From Octopus vulgaris (lineage: Eukaryota): DNA of 64,000 nucleotides. Below are positions 53,100 through 64,000 of this stretch, piece after piece. Made by a program: the position numbers and the translations under genes. The stretch spans positions 19,964,001 through 20,028,000 of the forward strand of contig OX597826.1 in the NCBI GenBank assembly GCA_951406725.2, read 5' to 3'. The notes beneath the pieces were generated by a model, which saw nothing but the letters and a program-made list of their open reading frames with translations, was not told where the DNA came from and searched no databases. Within the stretch, counting starts at the first letter, position 1. Each line of letters begins with the position of its first letter.

Positions 53100-56000
53100 G
53101 CGGCTTGGAATCACATTAGACTTTTTCCTTCGTTGGTGTCACCAAGTCATCTCCTCAGAGAATAAAATTCTCTGAAGAGGAAGTACAAAATGCCAGACAA
53201 CTAGTAGAAGGAGACGGGTTGGTTGTCAAGCTAAATACGCCCCTGGAAACAATACCCCAACCACAATCCGTCGCACATACACAACGACAACAGTCACTGC
53301 CACCATCACCACCACAACAACAACAGCAACAGATTCAGAGTAAAGAGACTAGCATTATAAACTACATGGCAATAAGCACAAAAACGATGAATTAATGAGG
53401 TACATAATAACACACAAACATAAGAGTTTTGCTACACACAAATAGTTCAAACAACTCAAAACACATACACAGACTTAAAAACGCAATTCCCACAGGAAAT
53501 CGGAGAATTCGTGGAGATTTATAATCAAGTAAGCTTTTCTTTTCTTTTCCTGACAACATGGTCGTGCACAGAATAGTCAGTGTGAATGTACGTGGTCTGG
53601 GGCCACCTTGGAAGCGGGGCCATCTGCACAACGACCTCAGGACACTGCATATCGATGTGGTGGCCATTAGTGAAACTAGAATTTCTGACTCACGGGACTT
53701 CCAACCCATTTTCGGTGATTATGAGGTGTATGCATCTCCAAGTCGTTCGGGAGCAGGAGAGGAGTCGCCGTGATGGTTTGGGAAAAAAATGTGATTCTTT
53801 CTGGATCCGAAAGGTACATCGGTGGTGCTGGACATGACAGGTAGCGAAGGGCTAGTTGCCGTCTAGGCGCCAACAGGGGTAGGACGACTAGATTTCTTGT
53901 GACGTTTAGAAATGTTCTTGGGAAAGTCCCACTCTTTAATGTTTGTGGAGGATTGGAATGGAGTTTTAGATGTAAGGTGGGACTGTGTGGGGAGGTAAGT
54001 GCAAAAACTTCGCAAACTTGCTCAGTCAATCCCAACTGTCTGACAGGTATGGACTGGATTTCCCTGATGTGCCAGTGGGGACCTGGTCAAACCGCATCGG
54101 GTCATCCAGATCGTATCTAGATAGGGTATTTTGTAGAGTAGCAGATAAGGATTCCCATTCCTAAGTTGTCCGCAATTTAAAGGATTCGACTACACAGACC
54201 ACAAATTCGTTATCTGTACAGTCGACTTAGATAGGCTCCATAGACAGGGACCCGGTTACTGGAAGTTGAACCCGTCGTTGCCGGTAGGTAAGGATTTCAG
54301 AAATCGGATTAATGAACTAGTTAAGCGGGCGTTGACGGGGTAATCACCAATAGTTATTAATTTATTATAATAAATGGTGGTTCACTCTGAAGAGGGCGAT
54401 TAGAACAGAATCAATAAGGTTTAGCAAAGGACTAGCAGTAGAAAGAAACAGAGTAGAGGCGGGGTTAGGCAGGAAGTTAGACGAGGCTTTTAGAAAAGGC
54501 ATCGCGATCGACGTATTCGCACCGAGATTGTCACTTGACCAAATCTTCAACGCAAAACACGAAGGTTGGGTTGTCAGAGCTAAGGCCCGTACTCTAAGAG
54601 ACGAAGGGACGAAAACCATTCAGTGGACCTGAGTGGAAGAGGCACGGTGTGGAAATAAATCCAAAATCCGATCTTTGCTGGACCACGACGAGCAAATGAT
54701 AGCTGATCCGATACAGATGTGTGAGGCCTTTCAGCGGCGCTTCGCTTAACTGTTCGGGAGTAGCGGCGAGCCGAGTCGCAGGATGAATTTTACGTCCTAC
54801 CTCGACGGGCTGCCACGGCTCTCGGCGACGGAGGCGAGGGGCTGCGAAAGGCCAATAACTGCTTTTGAAATATGGGAGGCAATGGCTAGGTGCTTGGTGG
54901 GGGATAAATCGCGTGGTTTGGATGATCTGCTGAATGAGCTTTACGCTTACATGATCAGACTTGTTCGGCGACCTCTTTGCAAACGTTTACTGCAACTGGC
55001 CATAGAATAGAAGAATTCCCAGTTTGTGAGCCGAGTAGCAGTGGTGTTGCTGAGAAAAGACCCGAACAAGGGGGACTGTATAAACAACTTTAAGCCCATA
55101 ATTCTGCTGAATGCAGAATTCAAAATTTTAGCCACGGTATTAGCTACGCTGTTGGCGCTTGTCGTCGTTGACCTGATAGGGGAGGCAGGAACATGCGCCA
55201 TCTGGAGAAGATCTATCTACAAAAACCTCCATTTCATAGAGAAAGTGGCTAAAGAACCTGGAACGGTTAAATCAGTCTAAAGCTTTTGATAGGGTCGCCC
55301 ATCTATACTTGGCAGTGGTCCTCAGGGCAGCAGGCTTCGGGCGTGTATTCAGGGACTGGATCGCTGCAATGCACAGCGACATCTGTTCAGTGGTCAGAGT
55401 GAACGGTCACTTCTCAAAGCCCTTTAAAATCTCGGTCCCCTCTCGTCACTCTTGTACTCTCGAGCTACTACTACACAAACTCGAGACATTGAGAGGTATA
55501 CCGCGTTATCTAGGATGTGGGAGATACGTATTAACAAATGTCAACAACGTCACTGTATTGGTGTTGGATCATAAACATATGGAAATGATAGGCACCGCTC
55601 TCAGGGAATACGAGACGGTATCAGGAGCGACGGCACCAGGAAAAATCAGCCGGAAAAATCAGTGGTCTTGCGGCTCCGCACCTGGAGAAGCAAGTCCATG
55701 TCGTCCAACTGCGTCGTTGGGTGCTGGACGAACGGATCGGTTAAATGGCTCGGAGTATGGTTTGGTCTGGATGAACTTCCAAATGAACAAAAACTAGGCC
55801 GAGGTAAAAAGCAGGGTTACTACTCTCACCCAGATATAGGCCGAGAGGAAGCTATCTATGAAAGGTCGAGAAGAGGTGGCTAAGGCGTACATCGTGTCCG
55901 TCATCTACAACCGCTTGAATGTCGTACCTTGTCCCGGCCACAGTCTGATTACTTTGGAGTGTATACTCTTCCGCTTCTTGTGGAAGGGACGCGTCCCGAT

Positions 56001-57079
56001 GGTCAGACGGTCTATCTGTTATCAACACCCGCTGCGTGGTGACCTGGGCATACCGTGGTTGATGATGCGCAGACATGCGCTGAGGCTACGACATCGCCAG
56101 TGCTTCCTTGACAGTGAACAGGTGTGGTCGCCGTTCGCCAGACGCGTATTTCCCCAGATAGTTTCTTTAACGGAACTGCAGTCCTGGGTAAGACAGAGAC
56201 CGAAAAAGGACAGGTGGAAAGTGGAATGTCTTCAAGTGCTCACAGCTCTCAACCTGGAACGTTCACTTCAGCTTTTTATAGAGAATTAGCGGAGGGAAAG
56301 TACGACGATGTTCTTGGGGAGACCTTGGCCGTCAAAAAAGATCAGCCAGCCGCTCTTTTCAGGAGAACTTTCGGCCCAGGACAGATGTATAATTTCTAAA
56401 ACTTTCTGGCCTGGTAGTACTACCGGGGAGCTTTGCCTGTTCGAGATAAACTTTACTGGCACGGAAGTGCAGTCAGCCGAGCATGCGCGCAGGACGACGA
56501 GACGGTCCTATATGCACTCGTCGAGTGCCCGAGCATTACTGACCTGTGGGTTTATGGCGAACACCTGCTGTCCTATGTAGGATGGATCAGGCTGTCAACT
56601 GAGTCCATCCTGAAGATCACTTCGCAGCCCCACTTTAACCGCGAAGGGAAGGCTGTCTTTATGTGCCTGGTGGTCATGTCGAAAGAGGTTGTATAGTGGA
56701 TGAGACTGAAGGAGCTGAAGACAAACACTTTTCTCTTTGGCCAATCTCTAATCAAATTCTGCAAGTTTCACTTGAAAAGGAAAATAGGGATAGAAAGAGA
56801 AGTGTTGTCTTATAGCCAGTTTGCTGAAAGGTGGATGAAAGTGGCGAGAATGGTGCATGTGAACGGGCTTGCCTTGAGCATACGCCTGTTGTTGGAGAAA
56901 AGGACAGAAAAGTCAGGTACCTATGGTTTTTATGGGGTTTTTCCATGAGTAGCCCTAGAAAGTCTTCTCCCTATTGAGGAATACACATTGTTGAATCTGT
57001 TTTTTTTTTCCTTTGTTTACACGCAAAACCCTTACAACACACACACACACACTGATTTTTAGTGGTTAATAAAAAAAGA

Positions 57080-57080
<1 letters not shown>
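53100..57080 (+). mobile_element. Near full-length decayed Tx1/L1-clade LINE
   Basis: APE start IVSVNVRGL...DVVAISET; GPGYWKLN linker (~54250); RT NFKPIILLNAEFKILA and KAFDRV; 3' region as in the other copies; AATAAA followed by an (ATT)n tail. Confidence 0.85.
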
Positions 57081-57178
<98 letters not shown>

Positions 57179-57597
57179 GAGTTAGAGAGCAGTTCATGCC
57201 ATCAAAGTGACACTGGGGTAAAATATACGAAGCCCAATATACCCATCATGACTACCCGTCTGATAAAGGTACACCAGGCACATGCATCACAACCATATGT
57301 GCGCGACATGGTGATCTCATAACAAGATAAATAGCGCATGACCTTGCGGGTGGGGCCCAGTTAGAATTTTCTTCTGGTCGGGTAACCCATCCCGCTCAAA
57401 AGGTCCCTAATTAAGGGTTGTTTAAGGATGTTGAATGAAGCACCCATGTTTCCAGAGGTGAATTATTCAAATCCCAAAGAATCCATCTCAACACATGGCT
57501 ATGATGCCCCCCCCCCCACTACTTCTGCTCGTGATCAGAGATGCACATGTCGTCAGACACCAAGAGACATGCTCAACTGGCTAAGGTCAAACAACTG
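57179..57597 (-). mobile_element. 5'-truncated TAA-associated non-autonomous element inside the Tx1 (ATT)n tail
   Basis: Colinear with 14618-15035; (TTA)n on both sides (57080-57178 and 57598-57754). Confidence 0.85.
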
Positions 57598-57659
57598 TAT
57601 TATTATCATTATTATTATTATTATTATTATTATTGTTATTGTTATTCTTATTGCTGTTG

Positions 57660-57755
<96 letters not shown>

Positions 57756-57812
57756 GTTGCGGAATATGTAAAACGTTTTTCCGAACAACAGTATCAATGC
57801 GAAGACGGACAT

Positions 57813-57877
<65 letters not shown>

Positions 57878-57879
57878 AG

Positions 57880-60315
57880 AAATCAGAAATAAAATAACAC
57901 TACGACGGCGACTATTGACAAATGCGAAACAGAAACCACCAAAATAACAAAAAAGGTTATTAACGTAAAGTACACCGATAAAAAAACAATTCACCAATCC
58001 TGAAAGGTTTCCGGCGTGGCCAGCTTTAAAAAGAAATGCTTCTCCCGGAAAAAGCAAAAGATCTACCTCTCAAAAAGAACTGGCAGAATAAAAATACCGG
58101 GCACTCCGCCGGGTGTGAACGTCGGGTGGATGGTATCTTGCATGGTGGAGGATCCAGAGTCACTTTTAGAGGTGAAACGGAGCAGCAGGGAAAACTGATT
58201 CGAGACAACCATTGAAATCCTGCTTCTTGTGAAGGTGGAAAACAGAAAAAATTCCGGAACTTATACAGCTACCTAACGGGGTCGACATGCGTATTATAGT
58301 AGAAGGCAGAACGCCTAAGCACGACACAAACCACCCCAGAGCCTTCTGTCCCCCAAAAGACAGGAGGCACGAAGCTACTCCCACCACCCAAACAAAACCC
58401 TCAACAACAGCAACAACTAAGGCATTATGCCACACATGCAGCCTCAGGTGAAGCACAAAGACAATAGAAAGTCAACACAAAGAAAGCACACGCACACACA
58501 CACCAGTCAACTACAGAAACTCTCAGTTTCTTGCTGTTGAGGAGAGCTAACAAAAAGTTGATGGACCTCATAGCCGCAGATAAGAAAATTGAGAGAGGGA
58601 GTGCATTACACGACACCAGCACCCTTAGGGTTTCGGAAAGTTTGATGCTAGTACGGATGCCGCTGAAGACTTATACAGACATTAGGGAGGCTTTCCCCAA
58701 TTACGTGGGAAATCCGAATGTCAAAACTTCTAAGAAACTTTTGCAGGGTTTCTCAGGGAAACTGCGACAAGATCCGGAGCCCAGGTTACTGGGCCGCCAA
58801 CAGCATCGGGAGGAAAAACTCCAATCAGATCCAGAGATCAAGTCAGCCGGCTGCCAACAGCTCCGGGAGAGTAAGCTTGCTTCTTTTCTTTCTCGCAACT
58901 CTTTCCGACCGGCATGGGATTGATTAGAGTGGCCTGGTGTCGCCCTGGAAGCAGGGGCGCCTGCTCAACGATCTCAGGTTACTATCTATGGATGTGACAG
59001 TCGTCAGCGAAGCCAAGATTTTCGACACACATGATCTGGCCCCAATTTCCGACAATTTTAAGATCTACGCATCAATTAGCTGGCCTGGAATGAGGGACGG
59101 GGTGGCAGTGCTGTTTAGGAAAGCCCTGGATCTCGAGGTACGGACGATCTTCCTGGGCACGGAAGCTAAGGTGGTATTCCTAGATGTGAGTAACAGCGAA
59201 GGTGGTGCTTTCAGACTAGTCGCTGTGTACTCCCTAAATGAGGCGGAGTGGCCAGATTTCTTCAAGCGTTTGGAGACTTTCCTTGGAACATTTCACTCGT
59301 TAGTTCTAGTAGGGGATTGGAACACCATTTTGGATGCACGCCTGGATAAGATGACGCTAGCCGATAGGAGAGGAGGTGCAAAAGCCTCACAAACCTGCTC
59401 AGTCGTTTCCATTTGGCTGACAAGTACTGACTTGATTTCCCGAATGCGCCGATGTGGACAGGGGAAAACAGCATCGGGTCTTCCAAATTGTATTTACATA
59501 AGATATTCTGTAGGCCAGTAGATAGAAGTAGCATAGGATATCCACAGTTCAAAGTCGTCGGCTACACAGACCACTAAAGAGGATCCATAGGCAGGACCCC
59601 AGGTACTGGGAGCTGAACGCGTCTTTTCCAGCGCGTCAAGCATTCAGAAACCAGGTTAGCAAGTTAGTCCAACAGAGGTTGGTGGACGTAAACATCAACA
59701 AGCGTTGGTGGATAGCCCTGAAAAGGGCTATAAGAGTAGAGGCAGCATAATTTAGTAAGGAAATAGCCGTAGAGGAATCTAAGATTGAGAGGGAGCTAGT
59801 TAAGAAGCTAGAAGAGGCGCTTAGGAGAGGCATTGCGACTGACGTGCTGGCGGCGAGATTGGCTCTTGATGAATTCTTCAATGCTAAGCTCGATGGTTGC
59901 GTTGTCAGAGCTAGGGCGCATGCTCTAAGACATGAAGGCACGAAAGCCGTTCGATGGGATCGGGTGGTGGATGTGCAATGTGGCAACAAAACCACAATTT
60001 GGTCTTTGGCAGGCCGGGACGAGCGTATGCTACGCGAATCCAAGCGGATATGTATGGAGTTTCAGCGGCACTCCATCGAACTGTTCAGAGAGCGCCATGT
60101 ATCGGGGATGGAGGTGGATTTCACCTCCTACCTCGACGACATACCACACCTTTCGGAGTTCTGCGAAATGCCGATAACAAGACGCAATGACAAACTGCAC
60201 AAACAAGTTTCTGGGGCTGTATGGTCTGCCTTTCGAGCTTTATCTTCATATGCCAGACTTGTATGGTGATCTCTTGGCGGATGTCTACCCCAACAGGCAG
60301 CAGAACGGGAGAATA
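57880..60315 (+). mobile_element. Tx1/L1-clade LINE 5' half (ORF1 remnant, APE, linker)
   Basis: 58937-59521 is APE-like (DVTVVSEAK, FRLVAVYS, LVLVGDWNTILD); PRYWELN linker; RARAHALRHEG; truncated at a SINE. Confidence 0.82.
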
Positions 60316-60435
60316 CCCGCCGAGATCGACTTTGCCTTTCATGCTTTCGGGATCGTACTACTTGAGCACTGAGTTCGATATAATCGACCTACCTCCTCCC
60401 CCTAAATTACTAGCCTTGTGCCAAAATTTGAAACC
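60316..60435 (+). mobile_element. Deu/Nin-domain SINE 3' fragment
   Basis: CCGCCGAGATCGACTTTGCCTTTCATGCTTTCGGG. Confidence 0.65.
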
Positions 60436-60844
60436 ATTATTACTGGTATATCTCATTACCTTTTAACAACAATATTTGCTTTATCTTACAATTTCTGAAA
60501 TTACACACTTTTTCAATGTCTGCCGAGGTTAGTTTCAATTTAAATACAATTAGAATTCTTAACATATTGTATTTCATTGCCATCTTATTTCTATTCCTTC
60601 CTTCCTTTATCTTATCTTTCCCTTGCCCTGTACGATCTTTGGGCACTCAATTTTACTACAACTATTATCAGTTCTCTTCAATTTCTTTATATGTAAGTTT
60701 GAAAAAGTTATGCTCGCGTATATCTTTGGATCTATACAATGCTATAATATGAATCAATCAGTGTGCAGGATAATTGCATCTAAGGATGCTAAAACGATTG
60801 CACGTGTCGGCATCTTATATATTGTGATTTGTCAGGTTCTTGCA

Positions 60845-63830
60845 TTAACCAAGTAGGAACGGAAACACCACACAGAACGTCTTGGAATCTCTCATTAGTT
60901 GCCGTGCATAATAATGAATGTTGCGAATGTAAAACTTCTGGAAGCACAACTTCCCATTGAGAAACTGATAAATTTCTGCTACATAAGACCAATTTATTCC
61001 ATGAGTAATCGCTATTCCCCTGTCATACAGAAATCGTTTAAGTTCTTTGGATACAAAACATTTGGCAGTATCACTATAAATAACAGCAGGAAATCCGAAA
61101 AGATTAAACAAAACCTTCAAATTACTAATAACGGAATGAACACTAGTATCAGTACATGGAAGAATAAAAGAAAAATGCGAATGCTCATCCACAGCAGTTA
61201 AAAAATAATGGTTGTTTGGCATTGAAGGTAGGGGTCCTTTAAAATCAAGATTCAATCTTTCAAAAGCTTGAGTAGATTTAATTCCTGATGAAACAGAGGT
61301 TTTAGTAAAGTGAGGCTTCACCACACAACATATTACACAATTGTTAGTTATACGCTCTACATCATCTACTGAGCATGGTAAATTCTTAACTTTAAAATAA
61401 TGAAACAATCGTGTAATCCCAGGATGACACAGCACTGCATGAACACGGTACAGTTCATTTCAGTCGTAACTGCGCAATAAGTACGCGATAAAGCATCAGA
61501 TGCAACATTAAACTTGCTTTGGCAGTAAATGATATCAAATTTATACTGGGCTTGTTGGATTCGCTAACTCATTATCTTTTCATTTTTAGGTTTACTACGC
61601 TTTTGACAATTAAACATAAAAGCCACGCTGTTTTGATCAGTTATTAGTGTGAAGTTACGTCCAAGAAGATGAGACCATTTTCTTACTGATTCTACAATCG
61701 CTGTCGCCTCTTTTTCAATACAAGAATAACGACGCTCATTTGGGTTAAGGGTTCTTGAAAAAAATGCAACTGGCTTTGTGTATAATGCCAGATATAGCTA
61801 CCTCCGATGTGTCTGTTTTTATTGAGAAAGGAAGGCTTTCATCAATCACTTTTAATCATCTCGTAAAGTTTTTAAACTTGACAAGGCTAGTTCACTCAAA
61901 GGAAAATATTTGGTATCAACCAACGGTTTTATCTTGTCAGAGAATTTTGGAATCCATTTAGAATAATACACAAATAGACCAACAATTCGACTCAATGCTT
62001 TGTGGGTGCTAGGAATATGTAGTTCTAGTAAGGGTTTTACCCGGTCAGGGTCAGGTTTCAAGTTACCATTTTGAATTCCATAGCTAAGCATTCGAATACG
62101 TGTAGTGCTGTAAATGCATTTGGTATCATTAAAAGTTAAATTACAGTCCTTAACAACTTGAAGAAAATGTTTTAAATTTCGATCATGTTCTTCCTTCGAT
62201 TTACCACACACAGTTATGTTGCCGATATATGCAAAAGTAGCTCTACAATTATGGCTTTCGATTATATTATCGATCACTCTCTGGAAACAGGGCACTGCAT
62301 AAGGTCGATTTTCAACTGGAATCTCAACTTGGTGATACGCACTTTTGAGATCCAGTGTGCTAAAATAATTAAACTGAGTTATTTTTGTGACCATATCATG
62401 CATATTTGGCAGTGGATATCCATCTAATTGCGTAAGCTTATTTATAGTCTCACTATAATCAATATACAGTATCTTGCAATGATTTTTCCTGATATTACCA
62501 ATACTGGGCTCGCCAGGGAGAAACACTGGGTTCAATTACCCCTTCTGCCAGATCTCGGCTTATAGTATCAGCAATAAAATTTTCATTATTGGCGGACTGT
62601 CTTCTTGATTTCGTAACTATGGGTTTACAGTCAGAGTTTAAATTTTCAAACAACCTCGGTGTAATGTCACTTTTAATGCACTTTAGAGCTCCCAAATGTA
62701 ACGGGGGTTTATCGCCGTCAAAGGTAATTTGTTCATGTTGATGTTGTTCTAAGAAATTTCGTCGTAAAATTATACAAACTAATTATCAAGTACCACCAGC
62801 TTTACTTGCTCGTAAATTCTTCCATGAAGTTCAGTTGAACTCAAACAATAACCGTCGCTTTGTGAACGATTTCCATTGACAGCCATGTTAATTTCATTCC
62901 TTTCAGACTTCATCACCAATTTGTTTTTCTTTGCAAAGTCTTTGCTAATATGATTCATAGTAGAGCCGGTATCAAATAAATGCATTCGCGCCATCGACTG
63001 TTATTGTATAATTAACTTTAGTAGTAGCTCCCTCTTGACATAAAGCCGTGGCGAATTTGCCATCATCAAGAGCTGCTGATGTCTTATCGAAATAAATTCT
63101 TACGGCTATTTGACCGGCATTCTTTAGCAAAATGACCGAGATATCCACATTTGTAACACTTGCTCCGCCTAGCAGGACACTTAAACCTCGGATGAAATTC
63201 ATTAGATCCGCAAAAGGAACGGGATCTTTTTGTCGCTGCACAAGCTGTGTTTCCGTCAGGAATTGAGATGTTGTCTTCTTCACGTGGAATAAACGTTGAC
63301 AAACAGCTTCCCTGGCTGTTTATAGCAGACTGACTGCTATTATATACTTCGGAATTCCAATGAGCAACTTCCAGCGTACGGGCTTGGTTAAATATCGGTT
63401 CTAAAGTTATCGCCGCATCTTGAATATTTTCTAAAAGTCTAAGGCGAGTTGAAGATGACGTTAATCCCGAGATAAATGCGTCACGAACAGCTTCATTTTT
63501 GTGAGTCTCAGCGTCCACAGCTCTGTACCCGCAATCTTTAGATAGTCGTCAACTGATTGGCCTGGTTCTTGTTTGCATATCATTAAAAGGTGTCTCCCAA
63601 AAATAATGATCAACGGTTTCACATTCAGTCTCTCCAGAGTTTGAATTGCTTCTGAGTAATTCTCACATTCACTTATGACTTCGTAAACGTCTTTGTCTAC
63701 GTGCGCTATTAAACACCTAAGTTTGCTTTCATCCGTGATTGGCGGTTCAGCAGGAAATGATTCTAAAAAGAATTTTTCAAGTTCTGAACCAATATTTCCA
63801 TTCTTTCGAAGGTTGACTCGAACTTGGATC
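60845..63830 (-). mobile_element. Decayed Ty3/Gypsy LTR retrotransposon internal region (gag-PR-RT-RH-IN)
   Basis: gag CCHC CYKCGYLGHFAKEC; protease LFDTGS; RT SPWRAQ, IDYS, LDLKSAYHQV, AYIGNITV; integrase HPGITRL...CVIC, LDFKGPLP, VDEHS, SD. The order is the Gypsy order. No LTR pair was recognised. Confidence 0.9.
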
Positions 63831-63869
63831 AGCAGTGAACAAATCTGGTTTTATAAATTTACTGTCCAT

Positions 63870-63908
<39 letters not shown>

Positions 63909-64000
63909 TGCTGTTTAAGCAATGTTCCAAAATAATGGCTCTAATTAACGTTTTTAAAACCAATGGATGTGTATGTGGATGATGAAGATCACTACTAGCT

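Noticed and set aside
60440-60845. 3' LTR of the Gypsy element
   Set aside because: No match to 63830-64000 or elsewhere in the window, and no clear PPT or TG...CA ends

Overview
AT-rich, microsatellite-dense animal genomic DNA. The SINE families (OR1-like CORE-SINE, Deu/Nin-domain SINE) point to an octopus or other coleoid cephalopod; this is an inference. I can support two host genes. (1) A plus-strand multi-exon gene rebuilt from splice sites and exon phases (16499-34414). It encodes PAN/Apple-PAN/Apple-Thr-rich linker-WSC-WSC, has 21- and 18-nt micro-exons, and carries an extra half-WSC exon that is either mutually exclusive or dead. Its 5' exons were not found. (2) A minus-strand sterol delta-7 reductase with a single coding exon (50556-51947) that looks like the plant DWF5/bacterial type rather than vertebrate DHCR7. 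The rest is decayed mobile DNA: R4/Dong-clade LINEs in (TAA)n tracts, Tx1/L1-clade LINEs, a ~555-bp non-autonomous element found only beside (TAA)n tracts, Penelope-like GIY-YIG remnants, a SPIN/Charlie-like hAT with TIRs and TSD, non-autonomous Helitrons, a Ty3/Gypsy relic, SINEs, a 5S rRNA fragment, palindromes and satellites. The most interesting non-obvious signals are a series of minimal type-I hammerhead-ribozyme motifs, a repeated tail-to-tail nesting of TAA-targeting elements into Tx1 (ATT)n tails, the DWF5-type reductase, and the phase logic of the WSC exons. All coordinates were counted by hand and all similarities are from memory, not database searches.
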